A stretch of 64,000 bases of DNA, taken from the NCBI GenBank assembly GCA_039096225.1, contig JBBPEB010000009.1:1612001-1676000 (forward strand). The letters are read 5' to 3'. Every line of letters starts with the position of its first letter. Position 1 is the first letter of the stretch. Of the stretch, positions 35,863 to 54,547 are shown piece by piece. The notes beneath the pieces were generated by a model. It did no database searches. It saw only the letters and a list, made by a program, of their open reading frames with translations, and had not been told where the DNA came from. The translations under genes and the position numbers were made by a program. This DNA comes from Blastocystis sp. Blastoise. Its lineage: Eukaryota; Protista; Bigyra: Opalinata.

Positions 35863-37094
35863 TATAATTTTGTATCTAATATATCCATCACATATATACT
35901 AATTTATAAATGTATACAATTACTTATTTGTTGTGATATTAGAAATTATAAGGCAAATTATTATTGAAAACTTCTTAATGATAAAAAAACTACGATTTTT
36001 TCATCGGTTGACGACAAATTTTGGAAGACTTCTTTTTCCATGAAGACTCTTTTGGGATACAAAATGTTGTAATTATTTTTCTTATGTATTTTTAGACTCT
36101 AAAGGTATATAATACAATCTTTTTGGGGTAGGCGAGTTTCTCTGAGTGGAGTCAGGCGGAGCCTGTTTCTCAAATGTGCTAAAAAAATTAACCAATAATA
36201 ACTGAATTTTTTGTAATAGAGAATTCTATTAGAACAAATAAAAAATAGAGTATTCTCAGATTCTTGTGGAAAAGTTTAGAAAGACAGTGGAAAAAATGAT
36301 TTTTTCATTATGAAAAAACTGATAAATAATCGTGAAAAATGATAATTCGACTAGTGTTTTATTTTTTTAGAACATGAATGTAAGAATGTCTCTATTTGTT
36401 TGAATATTATATATTCTTAAAAATGAATATATATTCTCTTATAATATCGATGACAAATTCAAAGTCTACAATATAGTTCTTCTATTTGTGAATAATAAAT
36501 TGCTAATCATATTATTTTTTAAGATTACTCTTTTATTTCTACAAATCATACAGATGACAATACTTGATATACTTGATCTAAATGGAAACAATGAAATATA
36601 AGGGCTATCTATTCAAAGAAATATCAATGTATTTCTCTTTTTTATGGCATAAAACTTGTTTCGTTGATTACTAAACGAGATATTTATTTTTTGTAGGTAT
36701 CCAAAAATGAAGTTATGAACTGTTATCTCGGTGAACTTACTCAATTATTCAAATTCTATGTTTCAAATTAAGTTTCACATAAATATTTTAATATCAGTGT
36801 AGAGTAATGTTAATAATCAAAATGGATTTTTATGAAGAATAAGAATAACTATAAATTCTTTCCGTTTTCTTTGGTGATTAGAAAAATTGTTAGAATAAGA
36901 AATCATATAGTTATTTAGTTAGATATTAAAGTTAATATTATTTATGCATTGTTGACTCAATACTATTTTGGTATTGATATCTATAAATTAGTAAAATAAA
37001 GTGTTTTTTATTTTGTATATGTTATGTTGATAAGAATTCATATTTATATGCTTTATTATTAGAAGAAGATGGTATACAAGATAATAGTAATAGA

Positions 37095-37214
37095 AGAATA
37101 TAAATGATTATTCATTATAGAATATAAATGATTATTCATTATAGAATATAAATGATTATTCATTATAGAATATAAATGATTATTCATTATAGAATATAAA
37201 TGATTATTCATTAA
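37095..37214. repeat. Minisatellite, 5 x 24 bp (AGAATATAAATGATTATTCATTAT)
   Basis: Direct read; the last copy has one mismatch. Confidence 0.9.
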
Positions 37215-37857
37215 AGAATATGATTAAAAAACGATATATTTATATTAGTGTTAATTATCAAATATTCAGTCCTTTTTCATTTCATTTTTTTTCTATGTAT
37301 AGATTTTTGAAATAAAGAAATAGTTCATTTTGATAGTTTAAATCTGTTTTGAGTATTATATAAAGATATAGATACATAATATTAATATATGTATTAGAAA
37401 AATAATTTATTTCTAATATTATTTTGAATAGTTGTTGTATTGAAATGAAAGCAAATAATCAAATGAACTATTAAGAATAACAATAACATACAGTTATTTC
37501 CAAAAAGAATGACAAAATTTCATTAGAATAATAATGAATAAAAAATAAAACAAAAGAAATAGAAAATGAAATGAGATGATAGAAATGAAATGAAATAAAA
37601 ATGACATTGAAATAAATAAAATGAATATGAAATATATCAACTAATAAGAGAGAATATATAGTAATATATATAATCTCTATATATACGAACAATAATAAAA
37701 GATGAGATGAATTGACCACTGAAAGAAACAAAAGTATTTATAAGAAATTAAAATAATAATGAAGCAAAATGAAATATATATATATATATATATATATATT
37801 AATAACTAGATTGTGATTATTTATTATTATATATATATCTAGATAATAGAAGAATAT

Positions 37858-39506
37858 CTATTCTGAATCGCATTTCAATTGTTGAATATTATTAGATATC
37901 GCAGAAACATAATCATTTCTTGTGAAATTGAATTGTGGACAAGCTAGTTATATATAGTTATAGTTATATATAGTTATAGTTATATATAGTTATAATTACA
38001 TATAGTTATAGTTATAGTAATATATAGTTATAGTGATATATATAGTTATAGTTCTATCAATATATATATACTTATAGATAGACGTGTAAGAAGAGGTGTT
38101 GAGAGAGAATTTATGGACTGAAGTAACTGTAGAACATGCTTCGAAAAAGGTATATTAATAACTATAAAGATCATAGATATTAAATTATATTAATAGTCAA
38201 CAATAATAATACTAATGAATAAAAATTAAATATTGATAGTAACGAATGATTCAGTAAACGTACAGTTTAAATTTAAATTACGAATTTTTGATAAATTCCC
38301 GTGGGAAATAGCCTGCTGAATTACAGCAGGGAAACGATTATCAACAGAATGAGCTAGAGAATGAATATAATAATAAATGTAATAATAAATATAATAATAA
38401 ATATAATAATAAATATAATAAATATAATAAATATATAAATATAATAAATATAATAAATATAATAAATATAATAAATATAATAAATATAATAAATATAATA
38501 AATATAATAAATATAATAAATATAATAAATATAATAAATATAATAAATATAATAAATATAATAAATATAATAAACATAATAAACATAATAATAAACATAA
38601 TAAACATAATAATAATAATAATACTATATACTAGTGATAGAGAGTACTTGTATATTACTGAAAAATCCCTTGTCAAAAAGAATGAGAAGCGAATGAACAT
38701 TATAAGCTTCTGAGTTCATAACTATATATATAATAATAATAAACATAATAATAAGCATAATAATAATAATATATAAAAGAAACTAAATAACAATAGTTAT
38801 AAAACAACAGAAATTACTTTATGTATATATACATTTAAGAGATAATTTGATAAGAGAAGAAGGAAGAGAGAGAGATTGAGTTGAAAAAGAGGGCATTGAC
38901 GCAGTTTGGCGGGACTGAAAGGTGGGAGATGCGACTGTATTTTTAGCGGTTACTAATGGCGACGATGGAGGCATTGGCGATAGGTTGTGAGTGGCATTGA
39001 CGGTATGGTATATATGACTGTCTAGGGGGGGCGACATACACAGAACCATTGTTTCTTTATATTCCCACATATCAACTATATATATATATATAGGTTAATG
39101 GAATAATGGAGAAATAAATGAATATATTATAATAAATATAATAATATAATTAATATAATCATAAACATTATAAAATAATAATAATAGTAAATATAATAAT
39201 AATAAACATAATAAAATAATTACTAAAATAATAATAATAATCATAAACATAATAATATATACTATTAATAGAAAGTTCTTTAAGTGTTTTAGGACACGAA
39301 GAAACGAGAGCTAACAGAATAGCGGCCAGTCCCGCGGGAGAGTTCTTGATGGCTATGAAAAAAAAACATAGGAATAATGACTAAAGTATGTTAAAAATGA
39401 TATTATACCGTGAATATGTAAAGAAGACAATGTATGTAATATATTTCTGGTTAACAGATTAGCAATAGCATCACATAACGTTAGAGGTAAATCACAAGCT
39501 ATATAT

Positions 39507-39563
<57 letters not shown>

Positions 39564-39738
39564 TCTCAGATAATAATAATAATAATAATATCTCAGATAA
39601 TAATAATAATATATATATATATTAATTACATTCAAATCGAAGCTCTTTTAAAAAATCCAATTCACCTTCTTTCAGATTATTTAAGCAATGTGTAAGCACA
39701 TCTATGCATTCAATATCTTTAAAATCTATATAATATTA

Positions 39739-39825
<87 letters not shown>

Positions 39826-40887
39826 CAGAATTGAATGGATTGAATATGGTTCATATTATGTTTATATATTCCTCTAAACATCTCCTGTATAACCCATATA
39901 TTCTCTATATAATAATGTTTATAATAATAATAATACTAATACTAATAATAATAATAATATTAATAATAATAATAATAAAGAGAATCATTAATTATATAAA
40001 AATAATACAAAAAAAAACACTATATATATATGATACATACTATTGATAGTAATTGACTGAATATTGCTGAAAATATCTGATTTTAAGAATTGTTCCAATT
40101 GAGCGATTGATTTCCAATCACATTTATATCCTATATATATATATATATACTTATGGTATATAATAAATAGTTATATACTTGGAAAACATAACGACTTTAT
40201 TCCTTTTATTCGCGGGGATATGGACATTAAAAGGGATATATAATTAGATCCACGAGATAAATCTATATGTATGTTAATATTATTAATAATAATAATATGA
40301 ATATTAAGAATAATGCAAAATGATGATAAATAAAATGAATATAATAAATAAATAAATATGCATATATACATACGTGTAAGATCTAGTGTATCTATATATA
40401 AATTTGTATTTCGTTTTTGAAGTTCTTGAAGAAATAGAAAACTATTAATATTACAATCTATATAATAGAAATATATTTTAGTATATATTATATATTTTAA
40501 TATACAATTAAGAAAAATAGTTTGAATATTCATTTTACTGTGCTTCTTAAGCCACGTGACAATTCCTTCCATCGAACATGTATTATATTGATCTTAATAA
40601 ATAATAAATGATATTATTATAAATTAATATATATTATATAAACATAAAAAAAACTGTTTTAAATATATATAGATACCAACATTAAAAAATAGTGTTGATA
40701 ACCGTGGGAAATTCTTCATATTTATAAGTGAAAGTGCACTGACTATATATCCTGATGTTTTCTCTGTATTCTCATCGATATCTATATCTATATATATAAT
40801 ATATATATATATAATATAAATATAAATATATCTAGTTATACAAATAGTCATAATATTTATTTTTGTAAATATAGTAATATTCTTATC

Positions 40888-40923
<36 letters not shown>

Positions 40924-42689
40924 TACCTATTTTAATTTGATTAATTTGTTTATGTTCTTCTATTGTTATAAATTCAGTCAGTTCACCTTCAGAGAGAGAT
41001 TGTAAGAAAACTATATATAGTTTATTCAGAATATATAATGTATGTATTATAAATGAATGTATATATACATGAATTAAAATATATTCGTTTGATATGAGAA
41101 AAATGCTGATTTTTATATAAATTAATTATATCGATATTCTTTAATACTTTAGTAAAATCTATATAATAATAATACTTATAAACTAATAATATTTATAATA
41201 ATAGTATATTTATAATATTTAATAATTACACTATAGAGTATTGTTAGGATATTAAAAAAAAAGAATTGTATATATATACATAGTTGAATTTCTTCAATAT
41301 AACAATTATTGACATGTGTTAATATGTATTTACAAAACTCATAATTACATCCATCAAATGGAATACTATATACATATATAACTTTATATATATATATACA
41401 TACAATAATGTAGAAAGATGAGGCTTTTCTAATATATCTATATAATAATAAATAAAATAATAACTATACTAATAATGAATATAAACATAATAATATATAA
41501 ATAATTCTCTTTAATACTTATATATATACCTTGTTCTAGAGGAGAAGAGAGAGTATGTATATAGAACACTATATCGTGATATATATCATGGAGATCACTT
41601 ACTATATATAAATATAATTACTAATAACATATTATATAATAATAATAATAATTCAAAATATCATTGAATATAGATATTAAAATAATGATAACAATATTTA
41701 AATATAATTATATGAAAAACAAACAAATCAATAATTATATGTATATCTAAAAAAGTAAAACTACAAATATACAATTCGCAACACGCAAAGAAGAAGCAAA
41801 AGGAAAAATATCTAATAGTTCAGATGGAATAACCGCGGTTATATCTTCATTATATGTAAATAAATCTACAAAAGTATAAAATATGAGTTATATATATATA
41901 TATATATATACATAATATTCCAATTACATCAATTTTATATTCATGAATTAATTCTTTATATATTAATAATTTTTTGAGAAATTCTTTTGAAAATAAATCT
42001 ATATATCATTAAAAGTAAAAATCAAAACATTATATAGTTAAATAAAGATAAATACAAATATATATATAACTATGAATAAAAAAAAACTATATATATACAA
42101 AAAAAAATATATATATAAAATTAAGAATATATAAAAATAGATATAATTAAAAGAAAGCTAAAGAGAATCACATATAAATACTATGAAAGATGACTATATA
42201 ATTAGAAATAGTATTTGAATGATTCAATTGAACAGATGGACATGAATAACTGATATGTAGTATATCTTTATTATATAGAGAAGAATCATAAAACTCTACA
42301 TTCCATTGTGAACAGAAATGTTGAAAATGATTATGATATTCGTTGATTAATGGTGAACGAAAAGGACACTCACAATTACTAAAAAATACATCTAATGTTT
42401 CAATAATTATGGGAATATCTTTTTCATCTATAAATGAAAGATCATTTTGACTATGCTCAAACATATATATCACTTTCTCTAATGCTAAAATTGGTAAATC
42501 TGTCGAACATTCTTCTAATTCATTGTTAGACTTCTTCGTTTCATCATAGAGTGTTTTCAATAAGCATTGAGGATGCTGTGATAAGAAAACTACTGATATT
42601 CCTAGTGTTTCTTCATTACAAAAATGAAAAAGTACTATGAAAATCAAATATGATTGTGTAATATTATATTATATACTTATCTCTGACAT
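37858..42689 (-). CDS. Leucine-rich-repeat protein with possible BTB-like N-terminus; about 23 exons
   Basis: Exons end in LRR-like motifs (FPRLSTLFFN, IQTIFLN, IDTLDLT, IKSLCFP, LKELRFE, LKELSIN, IRNLNLN, LTRLSI); N-terminal FLSQHPQCLL. All traced introns are GT-AG. Confidence 0.75.
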
Positions 42690-43387
42690 TTTGAATAACT
42701 AAATACCTAAATAGAAAGAAAAGTAGTACCTAAATGATGTGAATCATAATAAATATATTAAAAATTTTAATGTACACGTCTTATTTTGCTCAGAATTATT
42801 TGAATGACTATTATAAAAGCGTTCCTTCAAAAGATAATTAGACAAAGTGATGATGACGGAATGGGGAAAAGATTTCGCAAGTGGAAAAATTCAGAAAAAT
42901 CATGAAATTCTTAGACTTCTTATTGTTTTCTCTTCTTTTCTCGGTGTTTTCCTTTGCATTAATGTTTATGATTTATAAAATATTTACATATAAATATTCA
43001 TAAATCTGTATACATGAAAGAAATGAATCGTCTGAGAAATTCTATCTTTCTTATGATACCAATTTTGAATTCTATTGATAAGATTATCTGCAAACATTAT
43101 TGTAAAACAATCTCAGATATGAATCATGTTTTGAAATCAATGCTTTCATGAGATTTCCTTTATTTTATTATATGAATAATGACAAATTGTTGCTTAATTT
43201 AACGAGAAGAAAGTTTACTTGTGAGAGAAATATATTTTTACTGATAAAATAAATGGAATTCACTTTGAAAAATACTCATAAGAAATAAAAGACGTGTAAA
43301 GTTGACAAAATAGTTCGTAAGAAGAGGGTTTCATAACTATAAAAATAATCTTATTAACTATACAGATATTAAAGTATAAATAGAATT

Positions 43388-43460
43388 GCCTCAATAGCTC
43401 AGTTGGTAGAGCACTCGCTTAGTAAGCGAAAGGTCGAGAGTTCGATCCTCCCTTGAGGCT
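43388..43460 (+). tRNA. tRNA-Thr (AGT)
   Basis: Acceptor GCCTCAA/TTGAGGC, D-arm GCTCAGTTGGTAGAGC, anticodon loop TTAGTAA, GTTCGATC T-loop. Confidence 0.95.
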
Positions 43461-44017
43461 TTGATTTTCAAATTTTTTTGGAAATTATTACATACACTTT
43501 TGTAATTATTTGTGTGTTAATTTTTTTTGATTTTGAAACATAATATAAGTTGCTTGTTATAAATAAATACTTTGGATAGTAATGATTTTATTCTAGTAAA
43601 TTGTATATATAAATTTAAGAAGCATTTCTTCCTTATAATAATATATATATTGATTGAATAAAGCCCTACATAAACATAAGAAGACAACAAAGAAATTATA
43701 TACTTTATTTAAAAAGAGTGTACGTAAATAATATTAGAGAAGAATCAGAAAAAAAGATACAAAAAAATTTATAAAAAAAATGGAATTATATTTTTATAAA
43801 CATCTTTTTAGGAGATTAATGATATTTATTGTATATAACAATTAAACTAAGTGTAATCTTAAAGTAGAATAATTAAAAAATAAAATAACGAAAATAAAAA
43901 TATAAAGAATATATAATATATATTATTATTATAAAAAATATATAAATAATCTTTAAATATAAAAAAAAAATAATAAATATAATAAAACAAAAGTTATCAA
44001 ATAAATAAATGTAAAAA

Positions 44018-44052
<35 letters not shown>

Positions 44053-44179
44053 AAAAAGAATAAATAAGTAAATAAATGTATTAAAACTAAAGGAAATGAT
44101 ATAAATAAGTGTATTATTCTATCGATATAGATAAATACCTTGAAAGAGAAAAAGAAGAGGAACTAGAAACATGAATTCT

Positions 44180-44244
<65 letters not shown>

Positions 44245-45569
44245 TCAAAAGAGCAGCAAAATAAAAAGAATAATATAAGAAAATATATATATATAATATA
44301 TATATATAGAAAGAAAAATATATATATGTATAAAAGTATAAAACGAATTCTATTTGTAAAAAAAAATAAAATAAATAGTTAAATAACTATTATATTATAT
44401 AATAAACGTTAAATTCAAATTAAAAAAAAAGAAGAAAGAAAGTAAAAAAATAGATTCATAAAAAAAAAGATAAATATAAAAATATAAATTAAAACAGTTC
44501 ATAGAAGATTATATATATATATATATATAGTTGAATAGAAAAGAATAGAGAAAGAACAAATATAAGAAATGAATTCTAGATCTTATCTAATTATATAGTA
44601 TATAACTATATTATAAATAAATAAATAAATATATATATATATTGAGTTCTAGAAAGAATGATAATTGAAATAAGAAAAAAAAGAAGAACTAAAAGAAATA
44701 TAAAGAAAAATGAAATATATATATATAAGAAATTCAATAGAAATAAAAGAAATAGAGCAATTTATTTGTAGAAGAGAAGAAGAAGAAATAAAAATAAAAA
44801 TAATTATGAGAGGAAAGAATATTTATTAGTATATATATATAGAATTTGTATAAAGAAAGTTTCCCAACAAAAAAATAAAAAAAAAAGTAGAAGAGAAAAA
44901 TATATATATAAATATACAAAAAAAATAAAAGTAGATTTTATATTATACAAGATTGAACAATAATAGCTAATAAAATTACTAATAAATATAAAAATATAAA
45001 TATATAATATATAAAACCAAAATGAGTGTATATCAAAGAATCATAAAAACTATTATTAAAAATAATATAGTTTAATAAATAAATACTAAATCTTAAAAAA
45101 AAAAATAGATATATAATTGAAACTTAAAAATAGTTGACATATATAATGTAAAAACAATTAATATTAATATTAATATAATTAAATTAATTAATTAATTAAA
45201 AATAAACTGATTAAACTGTTTATAGCTCCAAGAAATAAGAAGAAAAATAATAAATATAATAAATATATAATGAAAAAAACGATAGTTTTTCAAAGATATT
45301 AATATATATATAAATACTTAATATATATTAATATATATATAAATAAAAGTTCAACTTAGGAATAAGGAACTCTATATATATATATTATTCATTATACTTC
45401 ATATAAATATAATGAATAATGATAAAGATTAAAAGAAATTGAATGAATAAATGATATCAAAAAAAAGAATAGAAAGATAAGTATGTAAAATTAAAATAAG
45501 AAAAAAAAATAAACATAGAATAATATGAAATATGCAAAAAAAAAATAAAAATTATGATTTATTAAATAA

Positions 45570-49943
<4,374 letters not shown>

Positions 49944-50033
49944 TCAGATACATAGCCACTTAAAAGATATGTTTTTTAATAAAGAAAGACTTTAATTGAG
50001 TTTTAAATTGATCTGAAAAAAGATACGCAAAAG

Positions 50034-51431
50034 TTGGCCAGACTATTTTGCGCAATTAATTTTCACGCTTCATTGGCGATAAAGTCAGACCAGAAAATGA
50101 TCATTTTTTTCCACTGATAAATTCGAGAATTTCACGATTATTTCTATAGTTTGAACCGAAACAGAATTATTTCTAAAAAAGTTGGTACCAACTAAGAATT
50201 TTTCTTAGGATAAGGACAAAAGAATTGATTTATAAAAGAAAAAACGTGTTTTTGTATATATACATTTTATGTAGAGTATGGGAAAAGTCTAAAATTTAGA
50301 ATAACATCAAAAATAAAAGACTTATTAAAAAAAAGAAATTTAAAAAACCATGAATATTCTTTAAAAAACAGTGAATGTTTAAAACAAAATACTGGGAATG
50401 ATATTTTTTTCATTATTTGTATATTTTTTATTTTGACTTATTGCTCACATATTTGATGTTATTATGAAATTATAAAAATATTTTTATGTGTTATTTTATA
50501 AGTTATGCTTATGTTTACAATTTGTTTCAATATAACAATAAATATAGTTTTTAAGATTTTATTTTTGTTGAGTATTATTCTATTTTGCGATATTTTTAGC
50601 ATTAACAATGACGGATTCTGTTTTATATGATGCTATTAGACATTATTTCGAAAAATTAATATTTTTGTATTTTACACTTTTTTTTCTTTAATTGAATTGA
50701 GAGTATACAATTCGTGCATACTATATCATATCATGTGATAAATAATGTTTTTTAATAGATAGAATCCGATATTTCTGTCTATAATTTACCACATATAAAA
50801 TGTGTGAAAATTGATCCTATAAAAAGATTTATTACATAAAAACACTTTGTATCTCGTTTATATGATTTATAGATTATTTATGTCTAGTTTTAGGTTGTTA
50901 TTAGTGTTTCACATCAAATTTAGGTTTTCGTTTTTAATTAAAAATAACTTTTTAGTATTTATAAAGCATCTTTTAATCCAGAAATATTTTTATAATTTCA
51001 TAATAACATCAAATATGTGAGCAATAAGTCAAAATAAAAAATATACAAATAATGAAAAAAATATCATTCCCAGTATTTTGTTTTAAACATTCACTGTTTT
51101 TTAAAGAATATTCATGGTTTTTTAAATTTCTTTTTTTTAATAAGTCTTTTATTTTTGATGTTATTCTAAATTTTAGACTTTTCCCATACTCTACATAAAA
51201 TGTATATATACAAAAACACGTTTTTTCTTTTATAAATCAATTCTTTTGTCCTTATCCTAAGAAAAATTCTTAGTTGGTACCAACTTTTTTAGAAATAATT
51301 CTGTTTCGGTTCAAACTATAGAAATAATCGTGAAATTCTCGAATTTATCAGTGGAAAAAAATGATCATTTTCTGGTCTGACTTTATCGCCAATGAAGCGT
51401 GAAAATTAATTGCGCAAAATAGTCTGGCCAA
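50034..51431. mobile_element. Non-autonomous DNA transposon, 1398 bp, with 450-bp terminal inverted repeats and a CGCAAAAG target-site duplication
   Basis: 50034-50483 is the reverse complement of 50982-51431 (TTGGCCAGAC...GTCTGGCCAA). CGCAAAAG lies at 50026-50033 and 51432-51439. The 498-bp core has no ORF in the track. Confidence 0.93.
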
Positions 51432-52332
51432 CGCAAAAGCCGAGAGCTTCCGCGGTTATTCTGTTTATCTAGCGGCTTCGCCTAGATTGACTGTAGCTTC
51501 GTCTTCTTTATCATCTATAAATGAGCCAATCTATGTGAAGATAGAGTCGATACTCATGATACCAAAGGAGTCCCTTTGAAATTTAAAATTCATCATCATA
51601 TTTACTATAAAATAACTATACTATCTAGTAATGTCAAGTGAAACACAAATATTTTTTTATTATTAAATAGGTTGATAGTTTTACCATCTTGAGGAAAACG
51701 AAATAGTATAATCTTCAGGAATCATATGTAAACAAGTTTATCGAGAAAATCACATTTATTATATATTATTTTGAATTGATTGTCTTTCTTTTATAATATA
51801 AATGCTATAAGATCAAATCTATGTTTTAATTTAAATGAGAATTAATAAAAATGAAGGAAAGTCAATTTGATTACAGAATACTAAAAAACCCTGATAATAT
51901 ATATATTAATAGGCTATTTGATATAATATGTGACCTTCAACGTTTTCATATTGTTTCTATGATGATTATAAAGAAATTAGATTGACATAATCAAATCATT
52001 CATATTTATTGGTCTAGAATAGTTTGGTTAACCTATAGGAACTTGCGTGTATTTATGATATCTAAAAGAATGGATAAAAATATGTATATAATTCATGTTG
52101 TTATTTCATATAAATAGTTTTGAGTTAAAAGAATATAATAATCGGAACATAATGGAGTTATTATTGAATTATCATGTTTAGTTTTTTTTTATTTTACTTG
52201 TCAAATAGTGATAAGATGTTGATACTATACACGTTCATTTTAGACAGTAGCTTTTAGAATAAAAATAAATAATAATAAAACAAATAAACACAGAAAGAAA
52301 TATATATTAATGGAAACAATAAAAAAATTTGA

Positions 52333-52971
52333 CTACTGTGTTTTTGTGATTTTATATATATCTCTAAGAACGTTATTATGTGCATTATTTGAATCAATAA
52401 TCTCAACATTTAGAGGTAAATTCTATAGGATATATTTATAGAAGTATAGATAATAAATGAAATAAACGATATGATGTAAGAATTAAATATATATAATATA
52501 TATATATATGAATAAAATAATATTGAGAGATAATATACATGTTGTTGAATATAGTTAAGAAGACACATATATCCCCCGCCAACACCAAAATAATAACGTT
52601 GACTGGCACAATAGCACGTGACATTCATTGAGGATAAAAGGGGGACTAAGAGGTTTATGAAAAAGGAGACAGTTTCAGGTGAATATAGAGTGTATATAGA
52701 TGAAGGAATAGTGGTAAGAAGAGGAAAGAGAAGAAATATATATAATGATATATAAGAATAAAATAGAAAGAAGAATAAAAAGATATATCTGAGGCCAAAA
52801 TATAATCGAATGCAATATGTTCAACAAGTGGGAACACAGTTCCCCATTCTCCTTTTATTAACTTACAACTATAAGAATAGGTTTAATAAAGTGATATACA
52901 TAATAATGTTAGTATGTTTAATAATAATATTATGGTTAATAATGATAGTATGGTTAATAATAATAATAATA

Positions 52972-53016
<45 letters not shown>

Positions 53017-53417
53017 TACTTTGAATATTGATCATGATTACAGTTGACAGCAATAGCAGGTGAAGTAGCATTCAATAAAGTATCTTCATTCAAATCCTAT
53101 AATATATATTTAATAACAACTATAATAACGGTTATATATTGATGATAATTATGAATACAATTATTATTATTATATATATAAACAAATAATAAATATAACA
53201 CATTATTACATATACTATAATTATATTATATTATATATATATATACTTGAAAGATGACTTTAGCTCCATGTTGAAGCGCATATATACCCGGTAATCCATG
53301 GCCACATCCTAATTCAATCACATTCTTATTGCTGAATGGAATTTCAGACTTATTCAGATAATTCACAAGATCAATAGCACCATGCCAAACTGTATGACCA
53401 CCTTTATTATTGTATTA

Positions 53418-53457
<40 letters not shown>

Positions 53458-53855
53458 AGAATAAAAGCAAAAACAAAAACAAAAAATAGAATGTAATATT
53501 ACTCTCTTATAAGATATCAAGAAATATAGTGTACAACATACCTTCATACTTTCCTGGAATAATATCTGTGTTTTTAACACTAATTCCTTCATAGTTCACG
53601 TATTTTAATCCACAAATATTCAAAGGTGTTGTTATAGAAGTACTTAAAGCATCAAAATTTGGATTTTGAAGATAAGTAGCCTTCTCAATGTTTTTAAATT
53701 CTTTTTTTCGAGATTCATCACTTGATAATTGATCTTGAACTTCTATTTGAGGTTTCTCTGTGTTCTATATAGAAATTAATTGACTAAAAGTATTAATATT
53801 ATACTGCAAAGAAATTAAATTTGAAGGTAGCATGATTAGAATTAGAGAAATCCAT
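52333..53855 (-). CDS. METTL18: Histidine protein methyltransferase (METTL18/Hpm1-like); 7 exons, one AT-AC intron
   Basis: FKFNF N-terminal motif, DIIPGKYEGGHTVW, VIELGCGHGLPG, FQDLN, FDYILASD-TLYS and YYFGVGGG. Confidence 0.9.
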
Positions 53856-53967
53856 TATAACTACTTAATGTAAGCAAAACAATGTTAACAAATAAGAGAT
53901 TATTTTCATAATTATGTTTATCGTGACTGAGATATGAAAAAGTGTAATACGAAAAACTGGGCATTCA

Positions 53968-54049
53968 GACAATTTGTCCGAGTGGTTAAGGAGGTAGACT
54001 AGAAATCTACTGGGCTTTGCCCGCGCAGGTTCGAATCCTGCAGTTGTCG
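53968..54049 (+). tRNA. tRNA-Ser (AGA)
   Basis: GACAATT/AGTTGTC acceptor, GTAGA-CTAGAAA-TCTAC anticodon arm, long variable arm GGGCTTTGCCC, GGTTCGAATCC T-arm. Confidence 0.96.
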
Positions 54050-54200
54050 AATTTTTGTTTGAATTATTTTTTCTTGTTGATTATTTTAGTGTATTTGAGA
54101 ATATATGATTTTGTTATACACAGGAGTTAGTAATGAATACATAAAGAGAAGTAAACAAAACGTAAAATTATAGAATCGTTATATATTGAATATTTTATAA

Positions 54201-54514
54201 TTAAAAAGAGGTTATTGGATAAAAGAAAACTTGTAGATTTTCATTATATTGACTTTTGGGGTCATCCAATAACGTTAATATATTTTTAATTTGATTTAAA
54301 AGCGTTTTATGATTTGTATCTGGTCCTTGACATATATCTAATCTATATATATATAATAATAATAATATATAGTATTATTATATTTTAGTATTATATATTA
54401 TTATGTTTATTATTATATAGAATTATTATATACATATTTCTTGCTGTTAAGAAATATTCTTTTGATTTCGTACAATTATTTGTTATACATAGTAACCAAC
54501 CCATTAAATAATTC

Positions 54515-54547
<33 letters not shown>

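Noticed and set aside
37095-37214. CRISPR-like array
   Set aside because: The units are directly adjacent with no spacers, and the context is eukaryotic.
50484-50981. Transposase within the TIR element
   Set aside because: No ORF of 60 aa or more and no DDE-like motif is visible.
51465-51599. Minus-strand mini-ORF MMMNFKFQ...GEAAR
   Set aside because: It is interrupted by TAG, short and has no recognisable homology; the folding favours a plus-strand RNA interpretation.
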